Of a DNA stretch of 64,000 nt, positions 46,643-56,370 are shown piece after piece. The position numbers and the translations under genes were made by a program. Numbering within the stretch: the stretch's first letter is position 1; the number at the start of each line of letters is the position of its first letter. Under the pieces are notes generated by a model. The model had not been told where the DNA came from. It saw only the letters and a program-made list of their open reading frames with translations, and searched no databases. This DNA comes from a bacterium BMS3Abin01 (GTDB taxonomy: Bacteria; Actinomycetota; Thermoleophilia; BMS3ABIN01): the NCBI GenBank assembly GCA_002897715.1, contig BDUA01000045.1:8495-72494 (forward strand). The letters are read 5' to 3'.

Positions 46643-48373
46643 ATGAGAAAAAACGGGCCCAGGCCTCTGGTCCTCAACCGCTACGAACTGCTCGAACGCA
46701 TCGGGCGTGGTGGCTTTTCCACTGTATACCGGGCACGCGATCACAAGATGGAGCGCCTGGTAGCAGTCAAGGTCGTGCAGCGTATCGACGAGCTCACAGA
46801 CCGGGCGGCGCGTGAGGCGCGGGCCGCCGCCAAGCTGAGCCATCCCAACATAGTCACTGTTTTCGAACTGGCCGAGGATGAAAACAATGTTTACCTGGTT
46901 TCAGAACTGGTCGAGGGCAAGACCCTGGCCAACCGCATCTCCTCCCTGTCCCTCTCGGATCTGGACTGCCTGGAGATAACCCTGCAGGTGCTGGACGCGC
47001 TGGGCCACGCGCACGAGCGCGGCGTCATCCATCGTGACATCAAACCGGACAACATCATGCTGTCGGCAACCGACCCGTACGAAGTCAAGGTGATGGACTT
47101 CGGCATCGCCCAGCTGGAAAACACCCAGCGGATCACCCGTCAGGGAGACGTGGTCGGTACCCTGGCCTATATGTCCCCGGAGCAGGCGGACGGACGCACC
47201 GTCGACAGCAGCACCGACACTTACTCCACGGCGCTGACACTGTATGAATGCCTGGCGGGGTCCAACCCCTTCCGCGCCGTCACGGCGGCTGAGACCGTCG
47301 GCCGGGTTCAGGGTGGCGCCCTGCCCCTGAGCCATGTACGCCCCGACCTGACCGAAGATCTGTCCCTGCTGGTGGAGGCGGCCATGGACCCGGACCCGGC
47401 GCTGCGGCTGGATCTGACCGCTTTCGCCGCCGGCATCGAGCGCCTGCTGCCGGACTTTTCCGATGACGAACAAGCCACCGCCGTACTGCGGCGTACCGAT
47501 GCAAACCATCCGTCTGTCTATAACGAAGTGGCCGGGAGGCTTTCGTTTGTGGCGCCACGGGCGGCCAACGCCGCCCTGGCGGCGTTGGCCGCCTGGGCGG
47601 TGGTCTCCCATACGACACTCTATCCGAAAGGCTGGTCCCTGGGGCTGATCGCCGGGGTGGCGGTGCTGGAAGCGCTACTGCCCCGCATCGGTCCGGTGGT
47701 GCTGTCAGCCATCATGATCCTGCCCGCCGCCTTCTTCTCCCCGGGCCTGGGAGTTGTGCTGGCGGCGGCGGCCGCCGCCTATTACCTGTTCATGGTACCG
47801 GGCCGGCCACGTTCAGCGCTGCTGCCGATCCTGGCCGCCGGCCTGGGATACATGGGCATCGGGCTGGTCTACCCGGCTGCCGCCGGCGTCGCCGGCAGGT
47901 TCAGGCGGGGGTTGGCCCTGGCGCTCCTCGGCGCCGTGGCGCTGACAGGCCTGCAACTGGCAAGCGGCTCCAGCCCCCTGGACTACCTGGGTGTCGCCAA
48001 TAACTGGAACCCGGCCGCGCTGCAGGACGTCTACAGCCCGTGGAAGGCGCTCAGCATCCTGGCCGAGCCGGTGATACAGCAACCGGTGCTGGCGCTGCAG
48101 CCGGTCATCTGGTTACTGGCGGCGCTTCCGGCGGCACTGTTGATACGCCGGCGAAACCTGCTGGCGGACCTGTCGGGCCTGCTGCTGGCAAACGCCCTGC
48201 TGCTGGCGGGCTATCTCTCCCTACCCTACCTGGCGCCGTCCTACCGGTTACCGCTGGGTCCCTTCCTGAAAACTTTCACACTTTGCGTTATAATCCAGTT
48301 CGTGCTTCTGTTGATATCTCCCAGCGCAAAACACCGGCCCCCCCTTCCCCATGAGTGTACTGAAGAGACTTGA
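46643..48373 (+). CDS. Ser/Thr protein kinase fused to a C-terminal polytopic (~9 helix) membrane domain
   Basis: GRGGFSTVYRA (P-loop), VAVKVV (Lys), HRDIKPDNIML, DFGIA and SPEQ are all catalytic motifs and all are present. About 290 C-terminal residues form successive hydrophobic helices. The gene overlaps the fhaA start by 23 nt. Confidence 0.85.
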   Translation: MRKNGPRPLVLNRYELLERIGRGGFSTVYRARDHKMERLVAVKVVQRIDELTDRAAREARAAAKLSHPNIVTVFELAEDENNVYLVSELVEGKTLANRISSLSLSDLDCLEITLQVLDALGHAHERGVIHRDIKPDNIMLSATDPYEVKVMDFGIAQLENTQRITRQGDVVGTLAYMSPEQADGRTVDSSTDTYSTALTLYECLAGSNPFRAVTAAETVGRVQGGALPLSHVRPDLTEDLSLLVEAAMDPDPALRLDLTAFAAGIERLLPDFSDDEQATAVLRRTDANHPSVYNEVAGRLSFVAPRAANAALAALAAWAVVSHTTLYPKGWSLGLIAGVAVLEALLPRIGPVVLSAIMILPAAFFSPGLGVVLAAAAAAYYLFMVPGRPRSALLPILAAGLGYMGIGLVYPAAAGVAGRFRRGLALALLGAVALTGLQLASGSSPLDYLGVANNWNPAALQDVYSPWKALSILAEPVIQQPVLALQPVIWLLAALPAALLIRRRNLLADLSGLLLANALLLAGYLSLPYLAPSYRLPLGPFLKTFTLCVIIQFVLLLISPSAKHRPPLPHECTEET

Positions 48374-49133
48374 GGAAAAAATCCAGGGACTGTTCGAGGG
48401 CAGCTTCAGCCGCGCCTTCAAATCACCGGTACAACCGGTGGAGCTGGCACGAAAGCTGGTTAAGGAGATGGAAAACCACAAAGTCATCAGCGTGTCCAGG
48501 GTTTATGCTCCCAACGAATATACCCTGTTCCTGTCACCGGAAGACGCCGCCCAGTTCGAAGCCTACCAGGACCGCCTGGCCGGCGACCTGGTTGAGTACC
48601 TGGTGGAGAATGCCCGGCGCGAGAGGTATGAACTGATCAGCCACCCGGTCATCCTTTTCGAAACCGACGAGGACCTGGAGGAAGGTGAGTTCGGCATCGC
48701 TACCCGCATGGTCTCCGGCCCGGAGCCGGCGCCGGCGGCGGCGTCCGCGGACGCCGCCCGGGGAGAGACGGTCGTTTACCGTCCGGCGGCGGCGGCGGAT
48801 GGAACCATGTCCGTAAGCGCCGAAGAGGCGGGGCGTCTGGATCTGGCCCATGAGCGAGTTACGCTCAACACCGGCGGCAAGGCCTACGAGGTCAACAAGC
48901 GGGTGGTGCTTATCGGCCGCGGCCGGCAGGCGGACCTGGTCCTGGCGGATCCCAACGTCTCTCGCAATCACGCGGAACTGAGACAGCAGGACGGTGAATA
49001 TGTCATCGTGGACCTGGGGAGCCTGAACGGCACCGATGTAAACGGCAAGAAGGTCAAGAGCAAGGCATTGAAGAACGGTGACCTGATAACCATGGGAACA
49101 ACGAGAGTGAGGTTCGAGCGACAGCTATGTTAG
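48351..49133 (+). CDS. fhaA: FhaA-like protein (DUF3662 N-domain plus FHA domain)
   Basis: MSVLKRLEEKIQGLFEGSFSRAFKSPVQPVELARKLVKEM is the FhaA N-terminal domain. The C-terminal FHA domain reads VLIGRGRQADLVLADPNVSRNHAEL...GSLNGTDVNG. Confidence 0.85.
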   Translation: MSVLKRLEEKIQGLFEGSFSRAFKSPVQPVELARKLVKEMENHKVISVSRVYAPNEYTLFLSPEDAAQFEAYQDRLAGDLVEYLVENARRERYELISHPVILFETDEDLEEGEFGIATRMVSGPEPAPAAASADAARGETVVYRPAAAADGTMSVSAEEAGRLDLAHERVTLNTGGKAYEVNKRVVLIGRGRQADLVLADPNVSRNHAELRQQDGEYVIVDLGSLNGTDVNGKKVKSKALKNGDLITMGTTRVRFERQLC

Positions 49134-49660
49134 AGCCCGTCCTGTTCGGATTCAAGATCCTTTTTCTGGTGCTGCTCTACCTGTTCATCTTCATCATCGT
49201 GCGGCGCCTGGCACGGGACCTCTCGCACGGAGCGGAACCGGCGGCGCTCTCCGCCAAACCGTCGGCGGCCGAACCGCCGCACCAGCGGTCACGCACCCCC
49301 AAACCGGCGGCGGCACCCGCCGTGGCCGGCGGCGGCACCAGGGAGTTCGAAGACATGGTGACCCGCCTAAAGCCAAGGTTGGTGGTCCAGCACAGCAAGG
49401 TTATCGAGAACGGCCTCATCTTCAAGCTCAAGGACGGCGCCACCATCGGCCGGTCCGCCGCCAGCGATATAGTCCTGCCGGACGAATTCGTATCCCAGAC
49501 ACACGCGCGGCTCTTCCCGCGCAAGCAGTTCTTTATCCTTGAGGACCTGGGCAGCCTGAACGGCACCTTTGTCGATGGCCGCCGGCTGGAAGGTGAACAC
49601 CAGATAAAGCCGGGGCAGGAAGTCATCATCGGTGACACCGTCTTCCGTTACGAGGAATGA
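49127..49660 (+). CDS. fhaB: FhaB/FipA-like membrane-anchored FHA-domain protein
   Basis: An N-terminal TM helix (FKILFLVLLYLFIFIIV), a Pro/Ala linker, and an FHA domain (ATIGRSAASDIVLPDEFVSQTHARL...GSLNGTFVDG). Confidence 0.8.
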   Translation: MLEPVLFGFKILFLVLLYLFIFIIVRRLARDLSHGAEPAALSAKPSAAEPPHQRSRTPKPAAAPAVAGGGTREFEDMVTRLKPRLVVQHSKVIENGLIFKLKDGATIGRSAASDIVLPDEFVSQTHARLFPRKQFFILEDLGSLNGTFVDGRRLEGEHQIKPGQEVIIGDTVFRYEE

Positions 49661-50844
49661 AGCCCCGGGAACCGCGACGCCGGACTATGCCTGTCTCATT
49701 CGCCAAAGCCACGAACACCGGGAGGGTGCGCTCGTCCAACGAGGACGCACTGTTCGCACGACCTCCCGTGTTCGTTGTCGCCGATGGCATGGGGGGAGCC
49801 CGGGCCGGCGAGATCGCCTCCGGCGAGGCGATCCGCCCCTTTGAGGATTTCACGCCGGCGGCGGCGCCCGAGGCGGAGCTGGCGGCGCTCATCCGCGCGG
49901 CCAACGGGCGCATCCATGAGATGGCCGCCGACGACGAAGAACGCTCGGGGATGGGCACAACGGTCACGGCGGCGGCGGTGTCCGGCGACTCGGTGGGCAT
50001 CGCCCATGTAGGCGACAGCCGCGCCTACCGCTGGCGCGGAGGGGAGTTGGAGCAGCTCACCGAGGACCATTCCCTGGTGGGCGAGATGTTGCGTCAGGGC
50101 AAGATCAGCGCTTCCGAAGCTGAGACGCATCCCCAGCGGAGCATCATCACCCGCGCGCTGGGCATCGAGCCGGAAGTCGAGATAGACACGTCCAGCGTCG
50201 ACTGGGAGCCGGGAGACATCTTCCTGCTTTGCAGCGACGGCCTGACCTCCATGGTGCCGGATCAGGAGATTGCCGCCATCATCGGCGGGAAGGAGAGCCT
50301 GGAGCAGGCGGCGGCGGGCCTGGTTGATGCCGCCAACACCCACGGCGGCCGCGACAACATAACCGTTATCCTGTTCTCTCCCGGTGAGGATGAGACCACG
50401 GTCTTGTCCTCTGTCCCGGAGGAACACCACCACACCGGTTCCGGAGGTTTCCGTTCCCGGCTGGGCACCCGCACCGGCCGGGCCCTGGCCCTGGCGTTAG
50501 CCATAGCCCTGCTCACGGGAGGTGCCTGGCTGATCAACCGCAATATCTACTACGTGGGGGCGCACGGCGGCTACGTGTCCATATACCGGGGCGTGCCGGT
50601 GGACATGGGACCCCTTTCCTTCTCGTCAGCCTACAGCATAAGCACGATCAGGATGGATGACCTGGAGCCTTTTGAAAGAGAACGCATCGACAGGCATGAT
50701 CTGAGATCCCTGGAGGGAGCCCGACAGGTGGTCGACAATTACAGCCGGCAGACCGACCGGCGGCGGCAGGAACAGGACAGCCTCGGCGGCGGCTCCGCCA
50801 CAGACACGGCACCCTCGGCGACGGCGACGGGAGGCGGTTACTGA
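49657..50844 (+). CDS. pstP: PP2C-family Ser/Thr phosphatase with TM helix and extracytoplasmic tail
   Basis: RSSNEDA, VADGMGGARAGE, GTTVTAA, LLCSDGL and GGRDNITV are PP2C motifs. A TM helix (LALALAIALLTGGAWLI) follows. Confidence 0.9.
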   Translation: MKPREPRRRTMPVSFAKATNTGRVRSSNEDALFARPPVFVVADGMGGARAGEIASGEAIRPFEDFTPAAAPEAELAALIRAANGRIHEMAADDEERSGMGTTVTAAAVSGDSVGIAHVGDSRAYRWRGGELEQLTEDHSLVGEMLRQGKISASEAETHPQRSIITRALGIEPEVEIDTSSVDWEPGDIFLLCSDGLTSMVPDQEIAAIIGGKESLEQAAAGLVDAANTHGGRDNITVILFSPGEDETTVLSSVPEEHHHTGSGGFRSRLGTRTGRALALALAIALLTGGAWLINRNIYYVGAHGGYVSIYRGVPVDMGPLSFSSAYSISTIRMDDLEPFERERIDRHDLRSLEGARQVVDNYSRQTDRRRQEQDSLGGGSATDTAPSATATGGGY

Positions 50845-52127
50845 TGGAGCGCCGCCGCGAGCTTGTGAACTTCCTTCCCGTGCTGCTGCTGATGCTCGTC
50901 GGCTTCGCCAGTGTTTACGCCGCCCGGTCGGAGCAGATCAACGCCGGATCCCTGACCTACGGACTGTTTTTTATCGGTCTTTTCGCGGGCGCTCACCTGC
51001 TGCTCCGTGTGGCCGCCCCTCACGCCGACCCCTACCTGTTGCCCCTGGCCGCGCTGCTGTCCGCCCTGGGCATCATGATGATCTACCGTATCGATCCGGG
51101 GCTGGCTGCCGCTCAGACAAAATGGCTGATGGTGGGGCTGGGACTGTTCGCCGCCATCGTCGTCTTCCTCCGGGACTACCGCAAGCTGGACGATTACATA
51201 TACCTGCTGGGGGCGCTGGGCGTTCTGTTGCTGGCCCTGACCATCATCTTCGGCAGCGAGATCAATGGTGCGCGTCTGTGGCTACGCTTCGGCGGCCTTT
51301 CCATCCAGCCGGGAGAATTCTCCAAGGTGCTGATCACCATATTCCTCGCAGGCTACCTCAACAGCAAGCGGGAACTGCTTTCCACCACCACCTGGCGCTT
51401 CCTGGGCATCCCCATGCCCGACCTCAAGCACCTGCTGCCCCTGGTGACCATGTGGGGGCTCTCCTTCGCCCTGCTGCTGTTGATGAACGACCTGGGAACC
51501 TCGCTGCTGTTCTTCGGTATCTTCCTGGCGATGACCTACGTGGCCACCGGGCGCCTCGCCTACCCGATGCTGGGCGGCATCCTGTTCACCGGCGGCGCCA
51601 TCCTTGCCTATAACATCAAGTATACCGTCCATACCCGTGTCGATATCTGGCTCAACCCCTGGACCGACGCCGCCGGGTCCGGCTATCAGATCGTGCAGTC
51701 ACTGTTCGCCATCGGCGACGGCGGCCTGTTCGGTACGGGGCTGGGCAAGGGTTATCTGCTGTTCCAGAGCGGCGAGCCGATTATCCCGGCGCTACACACT
51801 GATTTCATCTTCTCGGCCATCGCCGAGGAGCTTGGCCTGGCGGGCGCCACCGCCCTCATCATCCTGTTTATGCTTCTCTGCTACCGCGGCTTCAAGATCG
51901 CCATCACCTCCGATGACGGTTTTTCCAAGCTGCTGGCGGTCGGCCTGTCGGCCGGACTGGCCCTGCAGACCTTCGTCATCCTCGGCGGCGTCATGAAACT
52001 GATACCGCTCACGGGCATCACCCTGCCTTTCGTCAGCTACGGTGGCAGTTCCATCGTCGCCAACTACGCGTCGCTGGCGCTGCTGCTGCTCATCAGCCAC
52101 CGGACCAATGCGGAGCAGGCGTCATGA
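50844..52127 (+). CDS. rodA: FtsW/RodA/SpoVE-family peptidoglycan glycosyltransferase
   Basis: 427-aa polytopic protein. SIQPGEFSKV, NDLGTSLLF, TDFIFSAIAEELG and LPFVSYGGSS are family motifs. It overlaps pstP by 1 nt (TGATG). Confidence 0.9.
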   Translation: MERRRELVNFLPVLLLMLVGFASVYAARSEQINAGSLTYGLFFIGLFAGAHLLLRVAAPHADPYLLPLAALLSALGIMMIYRIDPGLAAAQTKWLMVGLGLFAAIVVFLRDYRKLDDYIYLLGALGVLLLALTIIFGSEINGARLWLRFGGLSIQPGEFSKVLITIFLAGYLNSKRELLSTTTWRFLGIPMPDLKHLLPLVTMWGLSFALLLLMNDLGTSLLFFGIFLAMTYVATGRLAYPMLGGILFTGGAILAYNIKYTVHTRVDIWLNPWTDAAGSGYQIVQSLFAIGDGGLFGTGLGKGYLLFQSGEPIIPALHTDFIFSAIAEELGLAGATALIILFMLLCYRGFKIAITSDDGFSKLLAVGLSAGLALQTFVILGGVMKLIPLTGITLPFVSYGGSSIVANYASLALLLLISHRTNAEQAS

Positions 52128-53557
52128 ACTCTTCCATCCGCAAGCTGTTCTTCCTGATGGTGCTGATGTTCGGCGGCCTGGTTGCCGTGCTCGCCTGGTG
52201 GCAGGTGGTTCAGGAGCAGAACCTGGCGGAAAACCCGCACAACACTCGCAAGGTGTTCGCCCAGATGCGTATCGAGCGGGGTCTGATACTGGATAACGTC
52301 CGCGGCGAGTTGGCCACCAACCGCCGCGAGGGTGATCTCTATTACCGGGTGTATCCCCGGGGGGACCTGGCGGCCCACCTGCTGGGATACAGCGACCCCA
52401 TCTACGGCCGCACGGGCCTGGAGCGCTCCTGGAATGACTATCTCACGGGAACAGCGGACGAGGTGGAGCTGCTCAACGCGCTGAACACCCTGACGGGAAA
52501 AGAAAACCGCGGCGCCGACCTGAAACTGACCCTCGACCCCGGGATACAGAGCACCGCACTCAGCGCCATGCAGGACCTGGGCAAGCGTGGCGCCATCGTG
52601 GTCCTGGATGTGAAGACCGGCGCGGTGCTGGCCATGGTGTCCACGCCCACTTACGACCCCAACCTGCTGGAGGAGAACTGGGACCAGCTCAACGCCGACG
52701 CCGATGCTCCCCTGCTGAACCGCGCCACCCAGGGGCTTTATACCCCCGGTTCGTCCTTCAAGCTGATAACCACCGCCGCCGCCCTGGATACGGGGACGTT
52801 CCAGCCCGACAGCAAGTTCAAGGACGACAAGGGCAGTATAGATATTTATGGCAATACGATCCGCAACTGGCGCGACCTGCCCTTCGGTGACCACGACCTT
52901 TCCGAGGCTTTCTCGCAATCAATCAACACCACCTTCGCCCAGGTGGGTGACCGGCTGGGCCAGGAAACGTTGATCAGATACATGCAGGCTTTCGGCCTGT
53001 ACAGCAAGCCCCCCTTCGAACTGCCGGCCGATGAGATCATGGCCAGCGGTCGTTACCAGGACGGGAAACTGATGTCACCGGAGGCGGCCATGGACCCGGT
53101 ACAGGTGGCCTGGATGGCCATCGGTCAGGAGAACCTGCAGGTGACGCCGCTGCAGATGGCGATGATCGCCCAGGCCATCGCCAACGGCGGCCGGATGATG
53201 AAACCCTATGTGGTGGATAGCGTTGCCGATTTTGACGGCACCATCATCAGGCAGGGCCAGCCCCGGGAACTGGCGAAGCCCGTCAGCAGCGGGACGGCCG
53301 ACGACCTGAAGGACATGATGATCAAGGTAGTCAACGAGGGTACGGGATCCAGGCTGAAGACGGACAAGGTGCAGATAGCCGGCAAGACCGGGACCGCCGA
53401 AGTGGAAGGCCGGGGGCCCAACGCCTGGTTCGTCGGCTTCGCTCCGGCGGAGGACCCCCAGGTGGCCATCGCCGTGGTGGTGGAGGACGCCGATTCCTTC
53501 GGCGGCATCTCCGGGCCGGTAGCCCTGAAAACCATCCTGGCGGCGCTAGGCCTGTGA
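52124..53557 (+). CDS. pbpA: class B penicillin-binding protein (transpeptidase)
   Basis: An N-terminal anchor is followed by the SxxK (GSSFK), SxN (SQSIN) and KTG (GKTGTA) motifs. ATGA overlap with rodA. Confidence 0.9.
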   Translation: MNSSIRKLFFLMVLMFGGLVAVLAWWQVVQEQNLAENPHNTRKVFAQMRIERGLILDNVRGELATNRREGDLYYRVYPRGDLAAHLLGYSDPIYGRTGLERSWNDYLTGTADEVELLNALNTLTGKENRGADLKLTLDPGIQSTALSAMQDLGKRGAIVVLDVKTGAVLAMVSTPTYDPNLLEENWDQLNADADAPLLNRATQGLYTPGSSFKLITTAAALDTGTFQPDSKFKDDKGSIDIYGNTIRNWRDLPFGDHDLSEAFSQSINTTFAQVGDRLGQETLIRYMQAFGLYSKPPFELPADEIMASGRYQDGKLMSPEAAMDPVQVAWMAIGQENLQVTPLQMAMIAQAIANGGRMMKPYVVDSVADFDGTIIRQGQPRELAKPVSSGTADDLKDMMIKVVNEGTGSRLKTDKVQIAGKTGTAEVEGRGPNAWFVGFAPAEDPQVAIAVVVEDADSFGGISGPVALKTILAALGL

Positions 53558-53626
53558 GCCGCAGATACCCGGGATTGGAGCGCGCGGGGCGCGCAGGTTA
53601 TATGTGGAGGGAACAGAGCTCCCGGT

Positions 53627-53648
53627 CGTCATATAATCGTCATATAAT
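53627..53648. repeat. tandem duplication of the 11-mer CGTCATATAAT (two TATAAT boxes) upstream of pknB
   Basis: 53627-53637 and 53638-53648 are identical. The duplication lies about 35 nt before the pknB ATG. Confidence 0.8.
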
Positions 53649-53681
53649 ATATCGCGGTAACCGAGAACCCTTGAAGATGAC

Positions 53682-55580
53682 ATGCCTGACATAATCGACA
53701 ATCGCTACGAGATCATCCGCCGGCTGGGAAGCGGCGGTATGGCCGACGTCTTCCTGGCCCGTGACACCCACCTGGGCCGCGAGGTGGCCATCAAGATCCT
53801 GTACCAACGCTATGCGGACGACGATGAGTTCGTAGCGCGCTTCCGGCGTGAGGCCCAGTCCGCGGCCGGCCTTAACCATCCCCACATCGTCAGTATCTAC
53901 GACCGGGGTGAGGCCGACGGCAGCTACTACATCGCCATGGAGTACCTGGAGGGCAGGAGCCTCAAACAGGTCATCTCCGAAAGAGGCACGCTGGCGCCGG
54001 CGCCGGCCATCGACATCTCCGAACAGATACTGCAGGCGCTGCAGTTCGCTCATGAAAACAACGTAATCCACCGGGACATCAAGCCCCATAACATCATCAT
54101 CAACGGCCGTGACCAGGTCAAGGTCACCGACTTCGGCATCGCCCGGGCAGGCTCCGCCGCCCGCATGACCGAGACCGGCTCCATTATCGGCACCGCCCAA
54201 TACCTCTCGCCCGAACAGGCCAAGGGGCTGGCGGTGGAGCAGGGGTCAGACCTCTATTCCCTGGGGATCGTGCTGTATGAGATGCTCACCGGCCGGGTTC
54301 CGTTCGAAGGTGAGAACCCGGTAGCCATCGCCCTCAAGCATCTGAGCGACGTGCCGGTGCCGCCACAGGCCCTGAACCCGGAGATACCGGACAACCTGAA
54401 CGCGGTGGTTATGAAGGCCCTGGCGAAGGATCCGGCGAACCGGTACAGGCACGCTGAGGAATTCATGGCGGACCTGGAGCGTTGCCGCCGGGACCTGCCG
54501 GTGGCGGCGGCGCTTCCGGACGACGATACAGCCAGGACCGAGATCATTGCTCCGGCTGCCGCGGCTGCGGCCATGGGTGCCGGGGCGGCAGCCACCGCTG
54601 CGAGCGCGTCCGGCGACGAGACCATGATCCACCCGGGCGCTGCCGGCGATGGAAAGAAGGGCCGCCGGAAAATCATATATTTCTGGGTGATACTTGCCAT
54701 CCTGGCCATGGGCGCGGCCGTCGCCGGCGCCTATTACTTCGCCTTCGCCAACCAGGGGATAGCGGTCCCCGATGTGGTGGGAATGGAGCAGGACCAGGCC
54801 AGGAAGACTCTTGAGGCGGAAGGTTTCAGGGTCGAGACCGCGGCCGAAGAATACAGCGATGCCGTCGAGGCGGGAAAGGTCATCAGCCAGAACCCGGCGG
54901 CGGGCAGGAAGCTTAAACGGGACGGGACGGTAAGCCTGGTGATCAGCCGCGGCAGCAACAAGGTAAAGGTGCCGGACCTGGTGGGCCAGTCGGAAAGTTA
55001 CGCCGAGGCCAAGCTGAAAGAGGCCGGGCTCAGCCCCGACCGGCAGCCGGATGCCTATTCGGGCAGCGTACCGAAAGGTAGCGTCATCTCCCAGGACCCG
55101 GTAGCCGGCACCGAGGTGCAAACGGGCTCGACCGTGAAATATGTTGTCAGCAAGGGCGCGGAGCCGCCGGCGCAGGTTACGGTGCCGGAGCTGACAGGCA
55201 AGACCGTGGACGGAGCAAGGGCCCTGCTTGCCGGCGCCGGCCTGACGCTGGGGTCGGTCACTGACGATTACTCCGGTTCGGTCCCGGTGGGCCAGGTCAT
55301 CAGCCAGAACCCGGTGGCGGGTCAGGTCCTGGATGAAGGCTCCTCGGTGAGTATCGTCGTCAGCAAGGGGCCGGAGATACAACGGGTAACGGTTCCGGGG
55401 GTGGTTGGAGACACGGAGGCCGCCGCCATCACCTCGCTCAACACCGCCGGGCTGGTGGCCAGCAGCAATCCGGTCCCGGCGCCCAACCCGGCCGACATCG
55501 GCAACGTATTGAGTCAGAGCCCCGCCGGCGGCTCGGTCGTCGATGAAGGGAGTACGGTCGTAATCGACGTGGGGACCTGA
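53682..55580 (+). CDS. pknB: Ser/Thr protein kinase PknB with four extracellular PASTA domains
   Basis: GSGGMADVFLA, VAIKIL, HRDIKPHNIII, DFGIA and SPEQA are kinase motifs. A TM helix (IIYFWVILAILAMGAAVAGAYYF) follows, then four repeats of the V/VPDLVG...VISQ.P..G...GS.V..VVS PASTA pattern. Confidence 0.95.
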   Translation: MPDIIDNRYEIIRRLGSGGMADVFLARDTHLGREVAIKILYQRYADDDEFVARFRREAQSAAGLNHPHIVSIYDRGEADGSYYIAMEYLEGRSLKQVISERGTLAPAPAIDISEQILQALQFAHENNVIHRDIKPHNIIINGRDQVKVTDFGIARAGSAARMTETGSIIGTAQYLSPEQAKGLAVEQGSDLYSLGIVLYEMLTGRVPFEGENPVAIALKHLSDVPVPPQALNPEIPDNLNAVVMKALAKDPANRYRHAEEFMADLERCRRDLPVAAALPDDDTARTEIIAPAAAAAAMGAGAAATAASASGDETMIHPGAAGDGKKGRRKIIYFWVILAILAMGAAVAGAYYFAFANQGIAVPDVVGMEQDQARKTLEAEGFRVETAAEEYSDAVEAGKVISQNPAAGRKLKRDGTVSLVISRGSNKVKVPDLVGQSESYAEAKLKEAGLSPDRQPDAYSGSVPKGSVISQDPVAGTEVQTGSTVKYVVSKGAEPPAQVTVPELTGKTVDGARALLAGAGLTLGSVTDDYSGSVPVGQVISQNPVAGQVLDEGSSVSIVVSKGPEIQRVTVPGVVGDTEAAAITSLNTAGLVASSNPVPAPNPADIGNVLSQSPAGGSVVDEGSTVVIDVGT

Positions 55581-55671
55581 CCCGGCAACCGGGCGGCCGG
55601 ATTTCCCCTCCTCGCATCCGCCGCTCCACTTTTGGTAGAATTCCCTGCAAGCGGCCGCTCCGCGGCCGACA

Positions 55672-56319
55672 ATGAAAGTGCTGCGAATGGTTCCTATCCA
55701 AAAGCTGAGGCAAAGCTACAGCTCCAGGGCCCGGGGGTTGTTCACTCCCATGACAGCCGCCATCGGCCGCTCCGGGATCACCCCCAACCAGCTGACGGTC
55801 CTGGGGCTGCTGCTGGCCATAGCTGTGGCGTTTCTGGTCTGGTACGGCTATTTCTTCATCGCCGCCGTAGTGTTCGCCGTCGGCGGCCTGATGGATATGC
55901 TCGACGGCGCCGTGGCGCGCCTTTCCGAGAAGGTAACCCCCCTGGGCGCTTTCATAGATTCGACCTTCGACCGCCTGGGCGAAGGTATCGTACTCACGTC
56001 CATAGCCCTGTTCTATGCCCGCGAGGGTGATCTTTGGGTTGTAGGCGCAACGTTCGCGACCCTGATCGGCTCCTTCCTGGTCAGCTATACCAGGGCGCGC
56101 GCCGAGGCGCTGGGCCGGGAGTGCAAGGTGGGGCTGATGACCAGAGCCGAGCGGCTGGTGCTGTTGGGCATCGGCCTGGCGCTGCAAAGGTTTGGCGTGC
56201 TGGCTGTGGTAATGTATATTTTATCGGTGCTTACCGCCGTTACAGTGCTGCAGAGGATATTGCATGTACGGCGCCAGTTCCTGGAACTGGAAGCACAGAA
56301 GAAACAGACCGGGCCATGA
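55672..56319 (+). CDS. pgsA1: CDP-alcohol phosphatidyltransferase, PgsA1-like phosphatidylinositol-phosphate synthase
   Basis: DGAVARLSEKVTPLGAFIDSTFD fits D-G-x2-A-R-x8-G-x3-D-x3-D. The protein is about 215 aa with about six helices. It lies directly upstream of inositol-1-phosphate synthase. Confidence 0.8.
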   Translation: MKVLRMVPIQKLRQSYSSRARGLFTPMTAAIGRSGITPNQLTVLGLLLAIAVAFLVWYGYFFIAAVVFAVGGLMDMLDGAVARLSEKVTPLGAFIDSTFDRLGEGIVLTSIALFYAREGDLWVVGATFATLIGSFLVSYTRARAEALGRECKVGLMTRAERLVLLGIGLALQRFGVLAVVMYILSVLTAVTVLQRILHVRRQFLELEAQKKQTGP

Positions 56320-56370
56320 GCGCACAGCGTCGGCTACGGTCCCGGAAACAGACACCTGGAGGTTAATGCC

